From assembly GCA_045636165.1 (NCBI GenBank), contig JAZTWZ010000110.1:1-43473 (forward strand): DNA of 43,473 nt, given 5' to 3'. Both the position numbers and the translations under genes were made by a program. Under the pieces are notes generated by a model, which ran no database searches, was not told the origin of the DNA, and worked only from the letters and a program-made list of their open reading frames with translations. The stretch comes from Eubacteriales bacterium (lineage in GTDB: Bacteria; Bacillota; Clostridia; Oscillospirales; JAAYXM01). Shown one piece after another: positions 7,834 to 15,574 of this stretch (within the stretch, counting starts at the first letter, position 1; each line of letters begins with the position of its first letter).

Positions 7834-9333
7834 ATGGGAATAAGCGATAAAGAATTCCGTGAGCTTACTTTTACAGGTGTTCTCGAAGAAGATATAAAGA
7901 TAATGAAGGAAATTCTCGGCAATGACGAAACGGTTATTTTTCGCAGGTTTGAAAATATCCACGATAAGAAAATTCGCGGATGCGTTATATTTACGGAGCT
8001 TCTTGTAAACAACATCGTAATTGACCAGAATGTCGTAAAGCCGCTTCTTACCTTTACTCCGCGCGATTTTTCGCTCGGGGAAGAGCTCTCGGGCGAGCTT
8101 GCAAAGCGCGTTGTAAGCACGGATGAGGTAAAAACAAAGGAAAAGCCGTATGACGCGATAAGCGCACTTCTGATTGGCGACACGGTTGTTCTCATAGATA
8201 CCTGCTGCGCCTGCATTGTAGCAAACTCGAAGAAATATTCAATCAGAAGCATCGGCGTCCCCGAAACTGAGGATGCGGTATTCGGGCCAAAAGAAGGCTT
8301 TACCGAGCTTATAGTCGCAAACGCATCACTCCTCCGTCGCAAGGTGAAAAATCCAAAGCTCAAATTCCGCTTCTTCGAGGTGGGAAAGGTAAGCCGTACT
8401 CGCGTCTGTTTGTGCTATATAGACGGACTTTGCGAGGAAAAGATACTGGGTGAGATGATATCGCGACTCAAGGGTTTTGAGATAGATTCGATTCTTGATG
8501 TAAGCTATGTTGAAGAGCTTGTGGGAGACTCTCCTGCATCGCCCTTCGGTACGATGGGGAAAACCGAAAGACCTGATGTCGTTGCGGCAAAACTTTTTGA
8601 GGGAAGATGCGCACTGCTCGTTGACGGAACGCCCTTTGCACTCACGGCACCGTTTCTGTTTTTGGAGAACTTTCAGGCAAACGAAGATTATTATGAGAGC
8701 TTTTATTTTGCGAGTTTTGTGAGAATACTCCGCTTTTTCGCGTTCTTTCTTGCGGTGAGCCTTCCCGGAATCTATGTTGCGCTCATATCATACCATAAGG
8801 AGATGCTGCCGAAAAACCTGCTTGCAAGCATTGCGCTTTCACGAAGCTCTGTGCCATTTCCTGCGGCGGTTGAGATGTTTATTCTTCTTATATTGTTTGA
8901 CCTTCTTCGCGAGGCAGGAGTGCGGCTTCCTAAGGCAATCGGCGTAACGGTAAGTACGGTTGGCGCGATAGTTCTCGGGCAGAGCATAGTTTCTGCGAAT
9001 ATTGTTTCTGCCGAGATGATAATAATAGTTGCGATATGCGAGATAGCGTCATTTTTAACGCCGAAGCTTGAGAGCGTAACTTTTCTTATGCGGCTTATCT
9101 TCCTGATTCTCTCCGCAACACTCGGAATATACGGTTACGCAATAGGCGTTGCGGCGTTTTGCGCGTATATTTCCTCTCTTTCTTCGTTCGGAGTTCCGTT
9201 TACGGCGTATATAATTCCGAAAACGAAGGAAGGGGCAAAGGATAGCTATATCCGAAGTCCGTGGTGGAAGATGATAACGAGACCGTATGCAATTGCGAAG
9301 AGAAACCGTATTCGTTTCAAAAGGAGATTTTAA
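7834..9333 (+). CDS. spore germinant receptor, A subunit (GerA/GerK A family)
   Basis: 499 aa. The soluble N-terminal domain has the GerA-family pattern (RRKVKNPKLKFRFFEVGKVSRTRVCLCYIDGL) and the C-terminal part has multiple TM segments. Confidence 0.88.
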   Translation: MGISDKEFRELTFTGVLEEDIKIMKEILGNDETVIFRRFENIHDKKIRGCVIFTELLVNNIVIDQNVVKPLLTFTPRDFSLGEELSGELAKRVVSTDEVKTKEKPYDAISALLIGDTVVLIDTCCACIVANSKKYSIRSIGVPETEDAVFGPKEGFTELIVANASLLRRKVKNPKLKFRFFEVGKVSRTRVCLCYIDGLCEEKILGEMISRLKGFEIDSILDVSYVEELVGDSPASPFGTMGKTERPDVVAAKLFEGRCALLVDGTPFALTAPFLFLENFQANEDYYESFYFASFVRILRFFAFFLAVSLPGIYVALISYHKEMLPKNLLASIALSRSSVPFPAAVEMFILLILFDLLREAGVRLPKAIGVTVSTVGAIVLGQSIVSANIVSAEMIIIVAICEIASFLTPKLESVTFLMRLIFLILSATLGIYGYAIGVAAFCAYISSLSSFGVPFTAYIIPKTKEGAKDSYIRSPWWKMITRPYAIAKRNRIRFKRRF

Positions 9334-9334
9334 A

Positions 9335-10309
9335 GTGAAGAGGCTTTTTATATTGTTTTTTCTTCTGTGCTTTTTTCTATCGGGATGTGCCGATTACAAT
9401 GAGCTCAATATGCAGGAGCTCGTAAGATATGCAGGTGTAGATTTTTCTGACGGCGAAGTTTCGGTAAGTATTGTCTCAGAGGGCGGCGAAGAAAAGAAAA
9501 GCTATTTATCGCGTGGCGAGAGCTTTTTTGAAGCGGTGCGAGAGATGTCGGGGAGTCTTGATAAAAAGCTATGGTGGGGGCATACCGAGAGCATCGTTTT
9601 CGGTGAAGAGGCACTTTCAACCTCGTTTGAGGGAACGGTGGACGCAGTTCTGAGAGCGAGGGATGTATATCTTGACATAGTTCCTATTTCGGCAAAGAAT
9701 ATGACGGCAGAGGAGGTTATAAAGGAATCGGTCGAGGGAGAAGCGGATGTGCTGTCGGTTTTTGCAAACGAGGGGAACTCACGGCATTTTAAGAGCGTTC
9801 CGCTGTGGAAGCTTCTTCGGGAGCGCGAGATGTATGGAGTATGTGTAATCCCTACGGTTGAAAAAAGAGACGGAGGTTTTTCCGTTTCAGGTGGTGCGGT
9901 AATTTCTGAAAAAGGCTTTTCGGGGTATCTTTCTGAAAACGAGTTCCTTTTTCTCTCGCTTCTTACCGATAAAACGGCAGGCGGATATCTTCCTGTAATT
10001 CGGTTTGATTCTTTACGCGAGGTGTCGTTTGAGATTCTCGGAAACAACCTCAAGGTGAGGAAATCGGGAGAAAAGGTTCTGATTGAGCAGGAAATAACAC
10101 TTTCTCCTGCCGAGGTTCGTGGAGAAGTGAGCGATTCGGAGATGCAGGAAGTGACGCGCCGCTTTCTTGAGGACGGGTATAAAAAGCTCATTTCTTCCGC
10201 GAAGACGCGGAACTTAGGGAATATATTTATGATAAAAGAAACAAAAGCCGTTCCCGAAACAGAAGTCAAGGTTTCCGTTAAAATCAGCAATGTTCTCGGA
10301 GGTGGATGA
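9335..10309 (+). CDS. spore germinant receptor, C subunit lipoprotein (Ger(x)C family)
   Basis: GTG at 9335 lies 8 nt after AAGGAG. The signal peptide VKRLFILFFLLCFFLSGC has an LSGC lipobox. Size and position fit GerAC-type proteins. The track start at 9287 overlaps the A gene and lacks an SD. Confidence 0.8.
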   Translation: MKRLFILFFLLCFFLSGCADYNELNMQELVRYAGVDFSDGEVSVSIVSEGGEEKKSYLSRGESFFEAVREMSGSLDKKLWWGHTESIVFGEEALSTSFEGTVDAVLRARDVYLDIVPISAKNMTAEEVIKESVEGEADVLSVFANEGNSRHFKSVPLWKLLREREMYGVCVIPTVEKRDGGFSVSGGAVISEKGFSGYLSENEFLFLSLLTDKTAGGYLPVIRFDSLREVSFEILGNNLKVRKSGEKVLIEQEITLSPAEVRGEVSDSEMQEVTRRFLEDGYKKLISSAKTRNLGNIFMIKETKAVPETEVKVSVKISNVLGGG

Positions 10310-10313
10310 CGGG

Positions 10314-10508
10314 ATGGGAATTCTTCTTGCATTAATATATGCGCTTTTCATCATTCCGGGCTTCTTCCGCCGTGAGGGAAGGGAAAAGGTGCTATATACC
10401 GTCCTTTTTGCGATATCGCTCGTTGCGGCGTTTGTCGCAGGCGTTGCGGCACGTCAAGACCACATCGGCGCTTCGCTTTCTGGAATGGTTTCTATATTTA
10501 TGAGGTAG
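10314..10508 (+). CDS. small two-TM membrane protein inside the germinant-receptor operon (candidate D subunit)
   Basis: 64 aa (MGILLALIYALFIIPGFF...LYTVLFAISLVAAFVAGVAA) with two hydrophobic helices. GGAGG lies at 10298-10302. It is wedged between the C and B genes with 4-nt and 3-nt gaps. The alternative start is 10290. Confidence 0.55.
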   Translation: MGILLALIYALFIIPGFFRREGREKVLYTVLFAISLVAAFVAGVAARQDHIGASLSGMVSIFMR

Positions 10509-10511
10509 AGT

Positions 10512-11594
10512 ATGTCAAATGAAAAGATTTCAAACGGTGCAGGTGCGCTGATTATTGCGCTCGCAACAATGACAAACGCATTCTCCGTAATGCCCGGAAG
10601 CAGTGCAGGCAGATGGGTGTGGGTATCAGACCTTATCGCGCTCGCACTCTCTGTTCTTGTCGTATGGACTCTGACTTTTATATGCGATAAGTTCCCTTCT
10701 GACTCTTTCTGCGGTGCGCTTTATAAACTCGTCGGGAAGAAAGTCGGAGCTGCGGTTGGCGTAATATTTTCTTTCCTCGCGCTTCTATCGTGTGTTGTAT
10801 CGCTTACAGTTTTTTCGAGGTTTGTGCGCCTCACGGCACTTCCGCAGACATCGCAGATAATTATTCCGTTGCTTATAGCAACCGTTTCGGCACTTTCTGT
10901 ATCAAAAGGACTTTCTTCCTGCGAGGGTGCGGCACGGCTTCTGTTTCTGTTTGTTCTTGCAGTGTTCGTGTTTTTTTCTATATCCGGCATACCGCATATA
11001 GAAAAGAGCCTCATTCTTCCGAAAGGTAGAAATGCGGAATCTGTTCTCGCAGGTGCAGGCGAGGTTTTCTTAAACCGCTTTGGATATATTCCTGCGTTTA
11101 TGACGGTATATACGCGGATGTCGGAAAGAGATACAAGAAAAAAGTATGCGCTTTTTTCGGTCGTGGCAGTCGGTGTAATATTTGCACTTATCTCGCTTAT
11201 AACGGTTTCTGCGCTTGGCGAAAATACATCATCGGCAGATTTCTTCCCCGTATATACCGCTATGTCGCTTCATTCCGTCGGAGGCTTCATTCAGCATACG
11301 GAGATTTTTGCGTGCATCGCTATGGTGCTTTGCCTCTATTTTAAAGGCTCGGTGTGTCTTGCATTCTCAGATGATATTCTCGGCGAAATCTCGAGGACGA
11401 GGAGAAAATACGGTGTAGCTCTTCCTCTTGCTCTTATCTGCGCCGCATCTACACAGATTATATATCGCGATGTATCGTCGCTTCAAAGGATGCTTGAATG
11501 GAAAAGCGGGGCAGGTATAATCTTTATGCTCAATATATTGCTACCGCTTATTCTTTTTCTAATATGCCTTCTCAAAAGGAAAAATTTCACCTAA
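10512..11594 (+). CDS. spore germinant receptor, B subunit (APC-superfamily permease-like)
   Basis: 360 aa, about 10 TM segments, with GAGG upstream. Size, position and topology are typical of GerAB/GerKB. Confidence 0.85.
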   Translation: MSNEKISNGAGALIIALATMTNAFSVMPGSSAGRWVWVSDLIALALSVLVVWTLTFICDKFPSDSFCGALYKLVGKKVGAAVGVIFSFLALLSCVVSLTVFSRFVRLTALPQTSQIIIPLLIATVSALSVSKGLSSCEGAARLLFLFVLAVFVFFSISGIPHIEKSLILPKGRNAESVLAGAGEVFLNRFGYIPAFMTVYTRMSERDTRKKYALFSVVAVGVIFALISLITVSALGENTSSADFFPVYTAMSLHSVGGFIQHTEIFACIAMVLCLYFKGSVCLAFSDDILGEISRTRRKYGVALPLALICAASTQIIYRDVSSLQRMLEWKSGAGIIFMLNILLPLILFLICLLKRKNFT

Positions 11595-11658
11595 ATACCC
11601 CTTCCGCATAATATGTAGTGAAGGAAACTTCAAAACATGATTACGGGAGGTAAAGTAA

Positions 11659-12504
11659 ATGCCTGATAAGGTATTGCCCGGCCCGATTCACGGAAATGCT
11701 CCGTGTGTAAAAGAGGCTGTGTGTATCCATACAAAAAGAATCTACGATTCGTGCAGGGATAAGGAATGCATTGAGAATATAAGAGTATATCCCACTCGCT
11801 GTTCTCAGGAAATTTTAGATTGTGCAACAAGCGTAAAGCCACGCGATGCAAAGCTCTTGTGGACGAACATAGATGTACACGAGGTCACCTTCAACAGGGG
11901 CTTCTATACTGTTGATATCAAATTCTTCTACGAGATTACGGTAGAGGTCTGCTCATGTGCGGGAAAGACCCAGAAGATAAAGGGTCTTGCGATTTATGAC
12001 AAGCGCGTTATCCTCTTCGGCTCTGAAGGCGATGTGAAGATTTTCCACTCACGCCTTTCCCCGTGCGACAAGTGTGCAGACAATATGCCGCAGGCGTTTG
12101 TTGAGGCCGTTGACCCGATTTTTCTCGGTGCTGAGCTTTGCGAAGCAAGAAGAGTATGCACTCTCCCCGAGTGTGAATGTGAGTGCGACGAACTTTGTGA
12201 TGTACCGCGCTGCGTCCGTGATATTTTCGATGATGAGCTTATAACAAACGGCGGTTGCAAGAATCTTCTTGTAACTCTCGGTCAGTTCTCGATCGTCCGC
12301 CTTGAGCGCGATTCTCAGCTTCTTATTCCGGCTTATGATTTCTGTATGCCTGAAAAAGAGTGCGTAGGCTCAAGTGAAGACAGACCGTGTGACCTCTTCA
12401 GAAAGATTAAGTTCCCGGTTAATGAATTCTTCCCGCCCTCTGCGCGTGAGAGCGTGCATAATGACGGCTGCGAAAAGCCGCCGAAGGGCTGCTGCGGAAA
12501 GTAA
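11659..12504 (+). CDS. cysteine-rich protein of unknown function (candidate spore coat/exosporium protein)
   Basis: 281 aa with 24 Cys by my count, including a CECECDELC cluster and a C-terminal GCCGK. There is no signal peptide or TM segment. A strong SD, GGGAGGT, lies upstream of ATG 11659. Confidence 0.7.
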   Translation: MPDKVLPGPIHGNAPCVKEAVCIHTKRIYDSCRDKECIENIRVYPTRCSQEILDCATSVKPRDAKLLWTNIDVHEVTFNRGFYTVDIKFFYEITVEVCSCAGKTQKIKGLAIYDKRVILFGSEGDVKIFHSRLSPCDKCADNMPQAFVEAVDPIFLGAELCEARRVCTLPECECECDELCDVPRCVRDIFDDELITNGGCKNLLVTLGQFSIVRLERDSQLLIPAYDFCMPEKECVGSSEDRPCDLFRKIKFPVNEFFPPSARESVHNDGCEKPPKGCCGK

Positions 12505-12506
12505 AG

Positions 12507-12546
12507 AAAAGAACAAAGCAAGGCTTAAGCCTTGCTTTGTTCTTTT
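12507..12546. terminator. bidirectional terminator (40-bp perfect palindrome)
   Basis: AAAAGAACAAAGCAAGGCTT / AAGCCTTGCTTTGTTCTTTT sits between convergent genes. The SpoVB-like stop codon (12525-12527) lies at its centre. Confidence 0.75.
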
Positions 12547-14054
12547 GGTATGAGCGTTTTTATATATCTTATCGGGTTTGTTCCGAGAGCAGAGAGTGAG
12601 ATGCAGTATGAAAAAATTCCACAAGAAGCCGAAAGGAGAATTGAACCGAAGATTTTTAAGACGATGTTTGTAAGAAGAGCGGAGAGAATTGAGGCAAGAA
12701 GCGGAGAGAAAAACCAGTTTGAGAATCTCGGTCTGATTGAGAGCGTTCTGCAAAGGCATACAAACTGCAAAACGGCGCATACTGCGCCCGAGACAATTGA
12801 GCCAAGCGCAAAGGCGGACATCCCGAGCTTCGGAAACCCTACACACCAGGTAAAGAAAAGCTGAATGACACCGCCTATGATTATGTAGATAGCTGATTGC
12901 TTCTGTTTTCCAATAGCGTTCAGAAGCGCGCCGAGAGAAATTTCGTAGTAGGAAATGAGCGTCGCGATACATAGCGGCAGGATGAGAGAAGTAGAACATG
13001 TGTGAGAAAAAAGAAGCTCGCCTAAAGGGTGGGCAAGCGGAACCATAACCGCCATAAGCGGCATTGCGAGAAGACCTGTCGCGTGAATTGTTTTTGCCGC
13101 TTTTCTTCGCATATCGGAAAAATCTTCCTTTGCCTTTGAAGAAGAAAGGCGGGGAACCATAACCGAGGTAAGAGATGCGATAAATGCTATGGGAAAAGAA
13201 AGGAGCGGCATAGTCATTCCGAAAACAACGCCGAAACTCTCCGTTGCGGCGACTCTTGAAAGCCCTGCTGCACAAAGTCTGCGGGGGATGAGCGCCGAGT
13301 TTAAAAACGAGAGAAGATTATTAAGCCCTGCCGCGGCAGAAACGGGGAGCGCAATAGAAATAAGCTCGCGGTATCGAGACGGTCGGGGCTTGTTCCGAGA
13401 AGGCCGCTTTTTTTCAAACCGAAAGAATATATGAAGAATAAACGCGCTCGAAAGCTCGCTTATTATCATACCGCAGATGATGAGGGTCACGGCGATTACG
13501 GGGTTTTCGGGACGGAAGAAGAGGAGAAGAGAGCAAACGGAGACTGCGCGGATAATCTGCTCTGAAAGCTCGCTTGTAATCTGCGGAGAAACTTTCTCTA
13601 CGCCGTAGAAGTAGTTTTTGTTGATGTTTTCAAAGCCCGTGAGGAAAAGGCAGACAAAGAGAAAAGGAAGAGAAGAAAGAAGACGCATATCTCCGAGAAA
13701 TGTTTCGCAGATTACTCTGCGGAATGTAAATGTAAGAAAAGCCGAGAGAATAACGGCAAAGGAAAAAAGCCTGAAAGCTCGCCCGACCGATGCTCTTGCA
13801 CCGAGAGAATCTCCAACGCCGTACCGCGCGGCAGAAACACGGGCGACAGCAACGGTGAGCCCTGTGAGTGTTATTGAAGAGAGAAGAGAATAAAAGGGCA
13901 TAACAAGCTGATATAAACCCATTCCCTCGGCGCCCGTGACGCGGCTTAGAAATACGCGGTATGCAAAGCCGAGAATCTGGAGAAGAATGTTTGAGATTGT
14001 AAGAAAGAAAAGATTACGAAAAACCGACTCGCGGCTGATTTTGGAAAAGAACAT
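12525..14054 (-). CDS. spoVB: MOP/MurJ-superfamily flippase, SpoVB-like (stage V sporulation protein B candidate)
   Basis: 509 aa, about 14 TM segments. The N-terminal pattern LQILGFAYRVFLSRVTGAEGMGLYQLVMPFY is typical of SpoVB/YtgP/MurJ-type proteins. SpoVB versus a vegetative paralogue cannot be settled from sequence alone. Confidence 0.65.
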   Translation of the reverse strand: MFFSKISRESVFRNLFFLTISNILLQILGFAYRVFLSRVTGAEGMGLYQLVMPFYSLLSSITLTGLTVAVARVSAARYGVGDSLGARASVGRAFRLFSFAVILSAFLTFTFRRVICETFLGDMRLLSSLPFLFVCLFLTGFENINKNYFYGVEKVSPQITSELSEQIIRAVSVCSLLLFFRPENPVIAVTLIICGMIISELSSAFILHIFFRFEKKRPSRNKPRPSRYRELISIALPVSAAAGLNNLLSFLNSALIPRRLCAAGLSRVAATESFGVVFGMTMPLLSFPIAFIASLTSVMVPRLSSSKAKEDFSDMRRKAAKTIHATGLLAMPLMAVMVPLAHPLGELLFSHTCSTSLILPLCIATLISYYEISLGALLNAIGKQKQSAIYIIIGGVIQLFFTWCVGFPKLGMSAFALGSIVSGAVCAVLQFVCLCRTLSIRPRFSNWFFSPLLASILSALLTNIVLKIFGSILLSASCGIFSYCISLSALGTNPIRYIKTLIPKEQSKA

Positions 14055-14089
14055 AAAAGCACCCCCGTCATATAGCTTATGACGGGGGT
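14055..14089 (-). terminator. terminator after malQ, overlapping the SD of the SpoVB-like gene
   Basis: On the minus strand: ACCCCCGTCATA-agcta-TATGACGGGGGT followed by GCTTTT, then the ATG at 14054. Confidence 0.65.
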
Positions 14090-14095
14090 TGTATC

Positions 14096-15574
14096 TTATA
14101 TTCTGTTATGGGTAAGATTAAGGTTAAAAAGCTTATCGGAAAGCTCATCTGTAAGCGAATTTTCGGGTATTCTGAAACGCCAGTTTTTGTCGCTTAAGGT
14201 TGATGGTGTATTCATCCGCGCAGAGGTGGGGAGATTTAAAAAATCTTGGATAGGGAAGATTGCAAGTCGCGCACGGGAAGCCATCGCCGCGTTTATAATA
14301 GCATCGGGAAGGCTGGCTTTATCTGAAACACCGAGATAGCGCGAAGCAAAGGCGATTGTATTTTCTGAAGCTGCTTCAATAAAGCCAGAGAGTGTGTCGT
14401 TGTCGTGAGTTGCAGTATAGACAACGCAGTTTTCGGGGTGTTTGTGAGGAAGATAAAGATTTTCGCTATCTCCGTCAAATGCAAACTGCAAAACGCGCAT
14501 CCCGGGCAGATTGCATTCATCGCGCAGTTTAAAGACCTCATCCGTGAGAAAACCGAGGTCTTCGGCAATCATATCAAGCTCGGGCAATCTTTCTTTCACC
14601 GCATCGAAAAACTGCTTTCCGGGACCCTTTTTCCACACGCCGCAAGCGGCACTGCCAGATCTTGCCGGAATCGCCCAGTAGCTTTCAAAAGCGCGGAAAT
14701 GGTCAAGCCTCACCGTATCAAAAAGCTTTGAGCAGCGAGAAAGTCGCGATATCCACCACTCAAAACCGCTTTCGGAAAGAACATCCCAACGGTATGTCGG
14801 GTTTCCCCAGAGCTGACCGTCACGGGAAAAAGCATCAGGGGGACAGCCTGCAACCTCGCAAGGTGAGAGATTTTCCGAAACATTGAAGATTTCAGGGTGC
14901 GACCATACATCGCACGAATCGGGGGATACATATATCGGGACATCGCCGGTGAGAGAGATTCCGCATCTGTTTGCATAGTTCCGAAGATCTTTCCACTGTG
15001 AAAAGAAGAGAAACTGCTCAAATTTATAATAGTCTTCATCGCGCTTGTGAGTCTTTCGCCAGTTTTTAAGGCCGGTTTTATTCTTCAGTTCCTGCGGAAA
15101 AGCCTGAAGCGTAGCTCCGCCGAGTTCTTCGCGTATCGTCATGAATGACGCGTAATCGGCGAGAGGGTTGCCTGCGTCACAGCAGAAAGCCTCAAGTGAA
15201 TCAAAATCAGAAAATCGTTTGAATGCTGAGCGGAGAAGAGAGTTTTTCTTTGCGATAACCGATTTGAAGTCAACGCGACCGTGATTCGGGAGAAAAGAGT
15301 CCTCAAGTTCGCCTCTCGTTATAAGCCCTTTTTCAAAGAGCAAATCGGGAGAAATGAAGAGCGGGTTTCCGGCAAAAGAGGAAACGGACATATACGGAGA
15401 AAACCCAAGCCCGTGAGGGTTTAACGGGAGAACCTGCCAGGCGGAAAAGCCGGAGCTTTTCAGAAAATTGCAGAAGGAAAAAGCATCCCTTCCCAAAGTT
15501 CCGATGCCGTACTTTCCGGGAAGGGATGAGATGTGTGCAAGTATGCCGCTTTGGCGTTTTTTAGATTCTATCAT
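14096..15574 (-). CDS. malQ: 4-alpha-glucanotransferase (amylomaltase, GH77)
   Basis: 492 aa. The N-terminus RQSGILAHISSLPGKYGIGTLG and motifs such as RLDHFRAF and WGNP are typical of MalQ. Confidence 0.92.
   Translation of the reverse strand: MIESKKRQSGILAHISSLPGKYGIGTLGRDAFSFCNFLKSSGFSAWQVLPLNPHGLGFSPYMSVSSFAGNPLFISPDLLFEKGLITRGELEDSFLPNHGRVDFKSVIAKKNSLLRSAFKRFSDFDSLEAFCCDAGNPLADYASFMTIREELGGATLQAFPQELKNKTGLKNWRKTHKRDEDYYKFEQFLFFSQWKDLRNYANRCGISLTGDVPIYVSPDSCDVWSHPEIFNVSENLSPCEVAGCPPDAFSRDGQLWGNPTYRWDVLSESGFEWWISRLSRCSKLFDTVRLDHFRAFESYWAIPARSGSAACGVWKKGPGKQFFDAVKERLPELDMIAEDLGFLTDEVFKLRDECNLPGMRVLQFAFDGDSENLYLPHKHPENCVVYTATHDNDTLSGFIEAASENTIAFASRYLGVSDKASLPDAIINAAMASRARLAIFPIQDFLNLPTSARMNTPSTLSDKNWRFRIPENSLTDELSDKLFNLNLTHNRI

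Noticed and set aside
9502-10332. 276-aa minus-strand ORF opposite the gerC-like gene
   Set aside because: It is antisense to a gene with a lipobox and family context. The sequence is S/R/P-rich shadow-ORF material.
12370-13275. 301-aa minus-strand ORF overlapping the SpoVB-like gene in another frame
   Set aside because: It lies on the same strand as the 509-aa flippase ORF but out of frame with it. The flippase frame has coherent TM periodicity and family motifs, and this one is R/S/F-rich noise.
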